DNA from: Victivallaceae bacterium
Lineage (GTDB): Bacteria; Verrucomicrobiota; Lentisphaeria; Victivallales; Victivallaceae
Length of the DNA: 64,000 nt
Reading direction: 5' to 3'
Assembly (NCBI GenBank): GCA_045533055.1
Contig: JAZSHD010000236.1
Coordinates: 4,160 to 68,159, forward strand
In this document: in pieces, positions 56,701-64,000 of the stretch
Layout of the letters: the number at the start of each line of letters is the position of its first letter
Position numbering within the stretch: the stretch's first letter is position 1
Program-made: the position numbers and the translations under genes
The notes under the pieces: model-generated
What the model was told of the DNA's origin: nothing
Seen by the model: the letters and a program-made list of their open reading frames with translations, nothing else
The model's database searches: none

Positions 56701-57815
56701 TTTTTCATCCGGCGGTGGCGGTTCTGAAAGATGGCAGATACTTTGCAACTTTTCAGGAGATCAACAACTCCGATGTTTACTCCCAGCCCATGTATACAAT
56801 CAGCAGCGATCAGGGTAAAAGCTGGAGCAAGCCGCAAGCGATCGAAGCATTCAAATCCACTATGCTGGCCGACAACAGCGGCAGAATGGAAGGAGTTGCC
56901 GACCCCCGCCCTTTTGTGCTGCCCGACGGTTCGGTGGCGGTCATAGCGTGTGCCACATTCTATAAAGGCAACAGCCTTTCAGTATTAAGCGGTGATAAAT
57001 CAGCCCAACTTGCCACGCCGCTTGCCCGGAGTTTTTACACCATCTGGTCGCCGGAAAGCAACAAGTGGAGTCCCCGGCATACGCTGGAACTGCCCGGCAT
57101 AAAAACCAGCCGTTACAGTGCGGCATGTACCCAGATCGCCATCAGAGATGACGGCAAGATAATCGTGCCTGTGTATGTAGATATAAATGTTAAAGTCAGG
57201 CACGACAGCCCCATCCACCAGAGGCGTTTTGGCGTAATGACAGCTCTTTATGACTACAAAAACGGCAAGTTTGAGTTTGCCGGAAAAAGCCGGATTTTCA
57301 GTATTCCTGTAAAACGGGGCATGTGCGAACCTTCGGTAATCAAACTTGGTAAATCCAGCTATGCCATGACCATCCGTGCTGAAGACCGCCACATGTATTG
57401 CTCCACCAGTAAGGATGGTATAAATTGGAGCCAGCCCGTTCCGTGGCGTTGGCAGGAAGATGACCAACCGATCATAACCGACAGCACCCAACAGCATTGG
57501 CTCAAACTGGGCAATAAGGTCTTTCTGGTCTACACCCGCTTTGACGGCAGCAACGGTGACTGTATGCGTTTCCGGGGGCCGCTTTACATGGCACAAGCCG
57601 ATCCGGCAAAAGCAAAACTTATCCGTTCAAGCGAAGTGGTAGTCTTTCCCCGGGGCAAACAGGAAGATGTGGAAGGCTTGCTGGGCAACTTTCATTGCAC
57701 CCAAATCAATGAAAAAAGTGCATTGGTCAGCGATGCTTTATTGTTCCGCAAAAACATGGGCAAAGGCAAACCCCGAAAATTTTCAACTATTGTAAAAGCA
57801 GCTCAAATCAACTGA
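53751..57815 (+). CDS. secreted fusion protein: GH123/DUF4091-like glycosidase region plus C-terminal BNR (Asp-box) sialidase-like beta-propeller
   Basis: 1354 aa, signal MKKILLFLTVLLCFSAAVPGA. WTYVGGGAYYPFGNFERVDQP...GWLYWSINHW is DUF4091/GH123-like. The C-terminal region carries the Asp-boxes SSDQGKSW (about 56803-56826) and SKDGINW (about 57408-57428). Confidence 0.6.
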   Translation: MKKILLFLTVLLCFSAAVPGAENKFVSGMTARPEALKVFSMPKPVTLDSFRRYLDATALGLNIFELTPATGSMAVVWQDGSMIKAVYRNSQWQIFFKDPKMAELKQVEVIKSANLTAAFHGTGFIFRTPENKDIHVYGGFTAAGAKLYLPENIKTPAIRQLEIINNALLWCVTEEVAWEYERAKKIYLDNTNELKKNSATSRMLWSWSQRLRQAENSFAKLKNEVINESENFVPTLASDPLMRDRYNWLVWLAVRMPHLSNYFSGWTRDVWYTKSLGRGELTDSLLLSRKLKNIVSRVRRVNKCAFNEAYNFKGILAGGFLHSMSEVLPQGGLLTPLKTTANLRAARGEGESTLLVLTSAGEALKDLSVTITADTPDAPVATLERLEYINLLESPILQLPLAPEGNSNYFDVCLPLANGEKFNLARQSNQPILVSLQSRNDTPAGIYNYTISVKLGSKNVMQMPLSLKVEKFALGNRLPSLPGLRPDNINRWYSNEKIAAQARRNLIDAMLRFRMEPLNLYRTSPVKEDLSYTIKKGVNSILLDGSLERFGDPRADMIKKMEFYGSCDGKTFERVPAKFQWVRRNQNDPLSPTDMQITPQADTAQYKYCKIHYNQDNSKHYSRYTFMPNGTLGSRKRTMLVNGKVMLKEIRLIRPDTQVGSNGMEKSKKIYNNNFDVINKICYKPSLIWKNEVDSIKTLLLYDYCRETHLKEFQQYYNEAKKYAGNNLTVYFYGFDEVGEYMNPLLLNAIKNSRQAFKNVKIVTTARNIEADPELFDAIDYLAPANGYANTRRNIFNSRYHRIRYWTYVGGGAYYPFGNFERVDQPMIYGRAFFWSLIALDHVEGWLYWSINHWSGNMHLKDMKNMDWSLWNCNHGNDNGMQALFYPGKDGAIYPSWRATAMRDGLEDADLFRMARDLAKTPADRAEVEAIRNGFAKSMSVYCRDVEAMEKLRTRLYDLLNKLVKQPKVTQKDFGNLNHHKNTIFHPAVAVLKDGRYFATFQEINNSDVYSQPMYTISSDQGKSWSKPQAIEAFKSTMLADNSGRMEGVADPRPFVLPDGSVAVIACATFYKGNSLSVLSGDKSAQLATPLARSFYTIWSPESNKWSPRHTLELPGIKTSRYSAACTQIAIRDDGKIIVPVYVDINVKVRHDSPIHQRRFGVMTALYDYKNGKFEFAGKSRIFSIPVKRGMCEPSVIKLGKSSYAMTIRAEDRHMYCSTSKDGINWSQPVPWRWQEDDQPIITDSTQQHWLKLGNKVFLVYTRFDGSNGDCMRFRGPLYMAQADPAKAKLIRSSEVVVFPRGKQEDVEGLLGNFHCTQINEKSALVSDALLFRKNMGKGKPRKFSTIVKAAQIN

Positions 57816-57827
57816 AGGAGTCAAACT

Positions 57828-58340
57828 ATGAAAAAACTTATCATGTCGGTTGCAGCATTCGTATTTGCCGCAAGTGTTATGGGAGCCGAAAATCTGGTAC
57901 AAAACGGTACCTTTGAACAGCTCGTTGCCGGAAAACCCGCCGTGTGGATCGTTAAAAACACCACCGGTATAACCTTTTCCGGCGACGGCGCACCCGAAAG
58001 CGGATTTGTAAAATTCGATCTGGTCAAAGAGGGCAAAAAGGCTTCCGCAACCATCTGGCAGAGCATCAATAAAGTTGTAAAAAGCAACGCCCAATATAAC
58101 TTGAGCTTCAAGCTCCGCACCAGCTCTTTCCGGGGCAATATCCGGGTGATCGCCATCAACGACGGCTGGCAGAAAGGCGCCGGACTTTCCGTAGGCGGCA
58201 GATTCCCCGCAGACTGGAAAGAATACAAAAAAGTTATCACCATGCCGGAATTCAAAAAAGATGCCCGGCTGCTCGTAATGATCACTGCCACCAAAGGCAC
58301 AGTGGATATAGCGGATGTAAAACTCGAACCGGTCAAGTAA
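57828..58340 (+). CDS. small secreted carbohydrate-binding-module-like protein (CBM4/9-type)
   Basis: Signal MKKLIMSVAAFVFAASVMGA followed by ENLVQNGTFEQ, a common opening of CBM_4_9-type modules. 170 aa. Confidence 0.5.
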   Translation: MKKLIMSVAAFVFAASVMGAENLVQNGTFEQLVAGKPAVWIVKNTTGITFSGDGAPESGFVKFDLVKEGKKASATIWQSINKVVKSNAQYNLSFKLRTSSFRGNIRVIAINDGWQKGAGLSVGGRFPADWKEYKKVITMPEFKKDARLLVMITATKGTVDIADVKLEPVK

Positions 58341-58365
58341 ACAGATCACAAAATATATTAAAATT

Positions 58366-58407
58366 AGCATTGCAAGACCTTCTCCAAGTTTGCAATGCTG
58401 ATTTTTT
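58366..58407 (+). terminator. rho-independent terminator of the 53751..58340 transcription unit
   Basis: AGCATTGCAA (58366-58375) pairs with TTGCAATGCT (58390-58399). GATTTTTTG follows. Confidence 0.65.
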
Positions 58408-58426
58408 GTTCAAAATGAACAAAAAT

Positions 58427-58462
58427 GGAACTGCCTTTATCAGCTTTAATAAAGGCAGTTCC
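58427..58462 (-). terminator. terminator hairpin downstream of the Gfo/Idh/MocA gene
   Basis: 14-bp perfect stem GGAACTGCCTTTAT / ATAAAGGCAGTTCC with an 8-nt loop. ATTTTTGTTCATTTT follows on the minus strand. Confidence 0.6.
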
Positions 58463-58487
58463 AACGAAAGTTTTTCAAAAAAACTTT

Positions 58488-59558
58488 TTACTTGACGATC
58501 GAGATCTTTTTGCCGTTGCTGCGGGCAGATTTGTGGGCTGCTTCGCAAAGCTCAAGATTCCGCAGACCGTCAACTGCGTTCAAAGGACGCTTGGAAAGCA
58601 CGCTCTTGGCGTGTTTGGTGATCAGAGCCTGATAGATGTTCTGGACTTTGCCGGGAGCCAGTTTCTTCTGGGTCTTGCCGTTATCCATTTCCAAACGCAT
58701 CTTGATAGGTTCATCTTCGTAACCGGAGAGCTGGAACATGGTGCCGAAACCACGCAGAACCGCCTGATTACCATAGATTTCATAGCCCAGGTTGGTCAGA
58801 GTGCCGGCCAGACCGCCACGCATTTCGCTGAAAGCGACCTTGGCGGAAGCAACGATGCCGTTGGCCATACCGAATTTGATGTAAGCACCGTCTTCGGCTT
58901 TGATATCCATAAGTTTGGGCAGGTAAGCAGCGGCAACCCATTCCACGGTGGAGTTGAAGATATATTCAGCTACATAGAAGCAGTGGCTTGCCACATCGCC
59001 GATAGGGCCGCCCATTTCTTTGATGTTGCTGCAACGCCAGGAGGCAGCTTCGGCAGGGTCGTAACCAAAGGCAAATTCCATGTGGAAGCAGGCGTCGTTC
59101 ACATCGCCCAAAGCTCCGGAAGCGACCACTTTACGGGCTTTGATGTTGTAGATATTGTTGACCATCATGTGGTCAACGGAAAGGGAAAGCTTCATCTTTT
59201 TGGCAGTTTCCACCATCTTTCTGGCATCGGCAATGCTGGTAGCCATGGGCTTTTCGGTAATAACATGCTTACCGGCCTTGAGAGCGGCGATCGCCAGTTT
59301 GGCGTGAGTGGCGTTGTTGGTAGCTACATAGATAGCATCCAGTTCCGGGTCAGCAATCATTTCTTCGCTGGACTTGTACCACTTGAGCCCCAATGCTTCG
59401 GCAGCAGCCTGACGGGCGGGGTTCACATCGGTAGCACCCACGAGAACTGCGTTGTCCAGAGCTGCAAAACGGGCCTTGTCACAGGCAAAACCTTCTTTGG
59501 CAATACGATTTTCAGCAATGCCGCCGAAACCGATCAGACCGTACTTGACTTTTTCCAT
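58488..59558 (-). CDS. Gfo/Idh/MocA family oxidoreductase
   Basis: MEKVKYGLIGFGGIAENRIA Rossmann N-terminus and HVITEKPM (EKP motif). Confidence 0.88.
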   Translation of the reverse strand: MEKVKYGLIGFGGIAENRIAKEGFACDKARFAALDNAVLVGATDVNPARQAAAEALGLKWYKSSEEMIADPELDAIYVATNNATHAKLAIAALKAGKHVITEKPMATSIADARKMVETAKKMKLSLSVDHMMVNNIYNIKARKVVASGALGDVNDACFHMEFAFGYDPAEAASWRCSNIKEMGGPIGDVASHCFYVAEYIFNSTVEWVAAAYLPKLMDIKAEDGAYIKFGMANGIVASAKVAFSEMRGGLAGTLTNLGYEIYGNQAVLRGFGTMFQLSGYEDEPIKMRLEMDNGKTQKKLAPGKVQNIYQALITKHAKSVLSKRPLNAVDGLRNLELCEAAHKSARSNGKKISIVK

Positions 59559-59751
59559 AACTCAAAACCTTTCTTAATTGGTTGGTAAAAACAATGTTAT
59601 CCTTAATGTAACGCTATAAACCTGACTTTGCAATTCCCGAAAGGGTGCTTTTTGTTAAAAGTCATTGGAAAAAATGCTTTTTTTGTGGTAAATATCGCCT
59701 AAAGGTGTTATATTACTGCAAATTATAACAAATCTTCAGGAGGATAAATCT

Positions 59752-60108
59752 ATGATCCATACACCCGGCGATTACAAAAGCGAAGTCCGCGAAGCTATGC
59801 GCGGCGGCGATAAATCTGTAAAAATCACCCATTATTTTGACGAAGCCAACGAGCTGATGTCCCCCACCAGACTCTGTGCCCAGCTGGAACTGGAGCCCGG
59901 GGCAAGCATCGGTTTTCATGCCCACGAAAACGAAGAAGAAATTTTTATCGTGCTGAACGGAACTGCTTTGATCGACGATAACGGTGTGGAAAAAACCGTC
60001 AAAGCCGGCGACAGCATCCTTACCGGCAACGGAGCCGGTCATGCAGTAAAAAATATTGGCGACGAACCCCTCCGCATGGTGGCAGTGATCGTACCTTTTG
60101 CCAAGTAA
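59752..60108 (+). CDS. cupin domain protein
   Basis: 118 aa. GASIGFHAHENEEEIFIVLNG...GDSILTGNGAGHAVKN is the two-motif cupin signature. CAGGAGG lies before the ATG. Confidence 0.75.
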   Translation: MIHTPGDYKSEVREAMRGGDKSVKITHYFDEANELMSPTRLCAQLELEPGASIGFHAHENEEEIFIVLNGTALIDDNGVEKTVKAGDSILTGNGAGHAVKNIGDEPLRMVAVIVPFAK

Positions 60109-60118
60109 GGGTGGATTT

Positions 60119-61339
60119 ATGGTAGAACAAGCTCAACTGCTGGAACTTGCCAAACTTTACGGTACTCCCCTTTATGTGTACGATGCAGATTTGGTGGTGG
60201 CAAATTATCAGTCGCTTTACAAGTTTATTCCTTATAATAAACTGCAGGTGCATTACGCCCTTAAAGCCAACTACAATATAGCCTTGCTGAAAGCTCTGCG
60301 GGATGCCGGTGCCGGGTTGGATACTGTAAGCCCCGGCGAAGTGCATCTGGCACTGGCACTGGGCTTTGACCGCAAAAAAATCATTTTTACAGCCAACAAT
60401 CTTAAAGATGAAGAAGTTGCCGAAGTCCAGAATTTAAATGTATTGTTCAACATCGGCAGCACCTCCCGTCTGGAAAAATACGGCAAAGCCTATCCCGGCA
60501 GCCGGGTCTGCGTAAGATTCAACCCCGATGTGGTCGATGGCGAAAATGCCGCTACTGCCACCGGCGGCGATCTTGCCAAGTTCGGTATCCTGATGCAGGA
60601 TGTGGATAAAGTCGTAGCGATTGCCAAAAAATATGACCTCAAGATCGTAGGTTTGCACGAACATACCGGCAGCGGTCTGCAGCACACGGAATCGGTCTTC
60701 CAGAGCATGAAAAACCTTATGAGCCTGGCAACGAAAGAGCGTTTCCCGGATCTGGAATTTCTGGATTTCGGCGGCGGATTCAAAGTGCCCTACAAGCCCG
60801 ACGAAGCCAGAGTGGACTATGTGGCAATGGGCAAAGAAATTTGTGCATTGTTCAACGATTTCTGCAAAAATTACGGCAAAGAGCTGGAGCTGAAGTTTGA
60901 GCCGGGCAAATACATAGTTGCCGAAGCAGGAACCATGCTTACAACGGTAAATACGCTCAAATTCAACCGCACCCGCACCATCGCTGGTTGCGATGCCGGG
61001 TTCCCCCAGCTGATCAGGCCGGTCTTTTACGGAGCTTATCACCGGATAGAAAACCTTTCCAACCCCGACGGGGCAAAGAAAGTTTACGATGTTTGCGGCA
61101 ATATCTGCGAAACCGGCGACCGTTTTGCCGAACAGCGGGAACTGCCGGAGATCCGGGAATACGATGTGCTGGCGATCTGCAACGCCGGAGCCTATTGTTA
61201 CAGCATGGGCGGCATCTACAATCTCCGGAGCATGCCCGGCGAAGTGGTGGTAAGCGGCAACAAAGCAGTTTTGACCCGGAAACGCAAAAGCAATACCGAT
61301 CTGGTGGCTGAACTTTTGAACGATAATATAGAGCTTTGA
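60119..61339 (+). CDS. lysA: diaminopimelate decarboxylase
   Basis: YGTPLYVYD, the PLP-lysine motif HYALKAN, FGGGF, and GNICETGD are typical of LysA. ATG 60119 is preceded by AAGGGTGGA. Confidence 0.85.
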   Translation: MVEQAQLLELAKLYGTPLYVYDADLVVANYQSLYKFIPYNKLQVHYALKANYNIALLKALRDAGAGLDTVSPGEVHLALALGFDRKKIIFTANNLKDEEVAEVQNLNVLFNIGSTSRLEKYGKAYPGSRVCVRFNPDVVDGENAATATGGDLAKFGILMQDVDKVVAIAKKYDLKIVGLHEHTGSGLQHTESVFQSMKNLMSLATKERFPDLEFLDFGGGFKVPYKPDEARVDYVAMGKEICALFNDFCKNYGKELELKFEPGKYIVAEAGTMLTTVNTLKFNRTRTIAGCDAGFPQLIRPVFYGAYHRIENLSNPDGAKKVYDVCGNICETGDRFAEQRELPEIREYDVLAICNAGAYCYSMGGIYNLRSMPGEVVVSGNKAVLTRKRKSNTDLVAELLNDNIEL

Positions 61340-61349
61340 GAGTGATAAA

Positions 61350-62030
61350 ATGGCAGAATTCCAGGCAGCAATAGATCTCTCCGGCAACGCCGCCAGAATG
61401 TGCGTAGCCGATGCGGAAGGTAAGGTTTTGCGTAACGGCATATTGCCCATGAAACGGCGGGAGTCGGCACATTTGGCAGAATTTGCCGCAGGCGAAGTGG
61501 CAAACTGCGGCGGGACCCTCGATGATGTGAAGTTCTGGAGCGTAGGCATCGGCCCCGGCAGCTTTACAGGTATGCGTCTGGCGGCGGCATTGATTGCCGG
61601 ATTGACCCACGGTGACAGCACAGTAAAGAGCCGTGGAGTCCCCACCGCAATAGCAATAAGTATGGCTGCGGGAAAAAATTTGCAAGAAAATTCAAAAATT
61701 GCAGTGCTTTTTGATGGCAGAAATCACGAAGTGCTTGTATATTGTGTAGTACGCAAAAATAATGTGGACGAAGGCTGCGGCGAAGGCACAGTGCTGAACA
61801 GGGAACAGGCGGAAGAGTTTTTTGCAGAAAACAAGTTCGATCTGATCTGCGGACAAGCCCACGAAGGCGAAGCGATCAAAGCCATACTGCCGGAAAGTGC
61901 AAGTAAAGAGCTGCAGCTGGTGGAAGATTTTGATTTGGCAAGCCTGTTGAAGTCCAATAAAGAGTTCGACAATAATTTGCGTGATTTGATCTACATAAGA
62001 CCGGCAGTATTCACGAAGCCGATCAACTGA
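61350..62030 (+). CDS. tsaB: tRNA threonylcarbamoyladenosine (t6A) biosynthesis protein TsaB
   Basis: 226 aa. VGIGPGSFTGMRLAAALIAGL is the hallmark TsaB/YeaZ motif. Confidence 0.8.
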   Translation: MAEFQAAIDLSGNAARMCVADAEGKVLRNGILPMKRRESAHLAEFAAGEVANCGGTLDDVKFWSVGIGPGSFTGMRLAAALIAGLTHGDSTVKSRGVPTAIAISMAAGKNLQENSKIAVLFDGRNHEVLVYCVVRKNNVDEGCGEGTVLNREQAEEFFAENKFDLICGQAHEGEAIKAILPESASKELQLVEDFDLASLLKSNKEFDNNLRDLIYIRPAVFTKPIN

Positions 62031-62049
62031 AAAAGAGAATGAATGGTAC

Positions 62050-62137
62050 GCCCGGATGGCGGAATAGGCAGACGCAACGGACTTAAAATCCGTTGTCCGA
62101 AGAGGACGTGCGGGTTCGATCCCCGCTCCGGGTACCA
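62050..62137 (+). tRNA. tRNA-Leu (anticodon UAA), CCA encoded
   Basis: Folded by hand. Acceptor stem GCCCGGA/TCCGGGT (G1-U72 wobble); D stem GCG/CGC; anticodon stem ACGGA/TCCGT with loop CT-TAA-AA. Long variable arm GTCC-GAAGA-GGAC; T arm GCGGG-TTCGATC-CCCGC; discriminator A plus CCA. Confidence 0.93.
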
Positions 62138-62146
62138 AAAAATATA

Positions 62147-62174
62147 AAGCCGCATTTTGCGGCTTTTATTTTTT
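62147..62174 (+). terminator. rho-independent terminator after tRNA-Leu
   Basis: GCCGCA-TTT-TGCGGC followed by TTTTATTTTTT. Confidence 0.8.
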
Positions 62175-62257
62175 GCCACCACAGAGCGGTTGTAGGATTG
62201 GTTGCCTTGCGTTACAGCAGGCTCTGAATCAGGTACTATTTTTGCCTTTGGCAAAAA

Positions 62258-62448
62258 ATGAAGCCTGCCAAGGCTTCGCTTCATGCCGCTGCCAAGCGGA
62301 GCTTCATACATTGCAGCGTTGCTGCAATGTGCTTCATACGGCGACAGCCGTGCTTCATTTTTTACAAGCCTTGTCAGATGAAGCATTGTTCCGCTGACGC
62401 TCCTCAATATGAAGCAGCTGCGGCTGTGAAGCACAAGCGTCTGAAGCC
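62258..62448. repeat. dense array of the heptamer GCTTCAT / ATGAAGC interleaved with short perfect hairpins
   Basis: GCTTCA at 62278, 62301, 62331 and 62352; TGAAGC at 62259, 62379, 62410, 62427 and 62442. Intervening hairpins include GAAGCC-TGCCAA-GGCTTC, CCGCT-GCCA-AGCGG, ACATTGCAGC-GTT-GCTGCAATGT (62308-62330), ACGGC-GACA-GCCGT and ACAAGCG-N8-CGCTTGT. Confidence 0.8.
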
Positions 62449-62893
62449 GCTTGTATAATAAGGTATTGAGCTATTAGAGCATTCAGCTTAAACAGCGGCA
62501 AGATGCCTTGAATACATTAACTCAATGCTCGAACTACTTCAAAATACATTACCGATATTTTTTCATTCCATGTAAAACATAAATCAAAAGGCGATGAAAT
62601 GTGGAAAATTGTTTGAATTTTAAAAATCAAAAAAAAATGACGATTATATTTGAATTTGTCAAAAAATATGATAACATATAGTGTTTGAATACTTTTGGGT
62701 CACCAACTGCACTGCAACCCTTGCTTCCGGAGGAAAAAACATCACCGGGCATCTGGGCACAAGAAGTTGGAACACGCTGGCTATGCTGGTACGCAAGATA
62801 TGATATGCCAGTAGATAGAATTTTTGTGTCGAAGCGGGGATTTTTTCCCGCTTTTTCCAATCATCCTGATAATGAAACAAAAGCAGGTCTTAT

Positions 62894-64000
62894 ATGAAAA
62901 AATCATTATGGTTTGTTGTCATTTATGTTATTGTGCTGTTTGCTGTTGTGCCCTGGCAGGCTCAATGCTGTACCAGTTGGATGATTTTTTCTGACCTGAC
63001 CGGAAAAAACACACATATTCTCCATAAAAACCGGGATTCTATTTCCCGGAAAATAACCGTTGCCATAAGTCCGGATAATGCTCCGCGCAAATGGGTGGCT
63101 CTGGGGAATAACGGTCCCAACAGCGGGATGAACGCTTCCGGGCTTGCCGCTGTAATGAACAGCGGAGAAGTATGTATTGATCCACCCGATGTCAAAGGCA
63201 AAAAAACTACCGAGGGAATTATCCGTGCCGTTCTTGAATCGTGCGACAATGCCGCGCAAGCAGTTGCCGCATTAAAGAAATTTATTGCCGAAGGTAATTA
63301 TTCGCATGGCAAAAGCGGTTCTATTTTTCTTTTTATGGATCAAAAAGAGGGTTATATTTGTGAAATTACCGCCAAAGTCTGTTCGGTTCAGCGTTATGAA
63401 TCCGGCTATGCCGTGCGCGCCAGCAACTGGCGCAATCCCGATATGATCCAATATATCAGAAGCGATATTACCCGTTTTTTCAAAGCCAGTGCCCGGGAAT
63501 ACAGTGCGTTTTCCGGTTTGAATAAGATAATTGATAACAACGGCAAGATCACTTTGCCTGAAATATTCAACTTGTCCCGCAACTTCCAGATGCCGAAAAA
63601 ATCACCGTTAAAACGTGCGGTCTGCGGCAATACAACCAACTCAGCAGCGAGTTTTGAAATAGATAAACAATATCCGGATATACTTTCAACCGCTTATTTT
63701 GCTGTAGGTCATCCCCGTCACACGGTCTATATACCAATCCCGATTTGTGTAAAAAGCATCCCTTCAATAATGAAAAGCCGCAAATGGTCGGCAACTGCCT
63801 TTGCGAGGCTGGATAAGCTGAAACTCGAATCGCCGCTGCCTGAAGAGTGGATAAAGTTTGAAAATGACTCCATGGCTTTGTATGCTAAAGCACAAGCCAA
63901 AGCCCGGAAAATGTTGGCAGAAAACAAACGCGATGAAGCAGTAAAATACCTGAATTTTGTCACCAGAAAGATCTGGTGCGATGCAGCTGGAATTTTGAAG
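62894..64000 (+). CDS. secreted Ntn-hydrolase-like protein (C45/C59/C69-type N-terminal Cys), 3' end beyond window
   Basis: This ORF is not in the supplied track because it has no stop in the window. I translated it by hand from ATG 62894 and found 369 codons open to nt 64000. MKKSLWFVVIYVIVLFAVVPWQAQC-CTSWMIFSD...ILHKNRDS fits a signal peptide followed by the Cys nucleophile and the RN(x)D block of Ntn hydrolases. Confidence 0.6.
   Translation, partial: MKKSLWFVVIYVIVLFAVVPWQAQCCTSWMIFSDLTGKNTHILHKNRDSISRKITVAISPDNAPRKWVALGNNGPNSGMNASGLAAVMNSGEVCIDPPDVKGKKTTEGIIRAVLESCDNAAQAVAALKKFIAEGNYSHGKSGSIFLFMDQKEGYICEITAKVCSVQRYESGYAVRASNWRNPDMIQYIRSDITRFFKASAREYSAFSGLNKIIDNNGKITLPEIFNLSRNFQMPKKSPLKRAVCGNTTNSAASFEIDKQYPDILSTAYFAVGHPRHTVYIPIPICVKSIPSIMKSRKWSATAFARLDKLKLESPLPEEWIKFENDSMALYAKAQAKARKMLAENKRDEAVKYLNFVTRKIWCDAAGILK

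Noticed and set aside
61991-62434. A 147-aa minus-strand ORF spanning the tsaB end, tRNA-Leu and the heptamer array.
   Set aside because: It overlaps a confidently folded tRNA and its terminator, and has no coding features.
62258-62458. A 66-aa plus-strand ORF (MKPAKASLHAAAKRSFIHC...) across the heptamer array.
   Set aside because: Its periodic composition is simply the translated GCTTCAT repeats and hairpins. It has no RBS and looks non-coding, so it is treated as a DNA/RNA-level repeat instead.
62780-62800. GCUGGUACGCAAG in the candidate leader superficially resembles the T-box core (GGUGGUACCGCG).
   Set aside because: I could find no Stem I/specifier architecture, no AGAGA or GNUGGNA boxes and no antiterminator alternative. 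The downstream gene is also not an amino-acid-related gene.
1-64000. A search by eye for integrase, transposase, recombinase, phage or conjugation genes that could explain the VOC-fragment-bounded inserts.
   Set aside because: None of the ORF translations shows such signatures (no tyrosine or serine recombinase, or DDE motifs recognised). I therefore did not annotate any mobile_element feature, and the island interpretation remains an inference from the repeats.

Overview
This 64-kb window looks like it comes from a PVC-superphylum-type glycan degrader (Lentisphaerae/Verrucomicrobia-like). That placement is an inference from four prepilin-type H-X9-DG (DUF1559-like) pseudopilin paralogues, each sitting next to a very large secreted CBM9-like or glycoside-hydrolase-like protein. 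Most of the window is carbohydrate-utilisation operons: IclR, DeoR, XRE-cupin and three PocR-AraC regulators, Gfo/Idh/MocA oxidoreductases, deacetylases, a sugar isomerase, an SGNH esterase, a phosphotriesterase-family hydrolase, a GH123-like/BNR fusion and LamG/CBM proteins. The right end holds a housekeeping block (cupin, lysA, tsaB, tRNA-Leu). A complete, compact type II-A CRISPR-Cas9 locus lies at 13.5-20.9 kb on the minus strand: cas9-cas1-cas2-csn2, a leader with a near-consensus promoter, 18 repeats and 17 spacers, and a divergent tracrRNA I could predict from the sequence. The most unusual observation is that this whole CRISPR-Cas module is bracketed exactly by two ~75-80 bp direct copies of the 3' end of a glyoxalase/VOC gene. 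There are four same-orientation copies in total (5.15, 13.43, 21.01 and 22.12 kb; only the last is an intact gene). They partition the region into a glycan block, the CRISPR-Cas block and a RhuM block, which suggests serial insertion or recombination at that gene, although no integrase is visible. Other unexplained signals are a dense array of the heptamer GCTTCAT/ATGAAGC interleaved with hairpins downstream of tRNA-Leu, 21-bp-phased direct repeats in the promoters next to two PocR-AraC regulators, and a tracrRNA gene that starts only ~40 bp from the cas9 start codon. All functional calls rest on motif recognition by eye in the supplied translations. No database search was possible.
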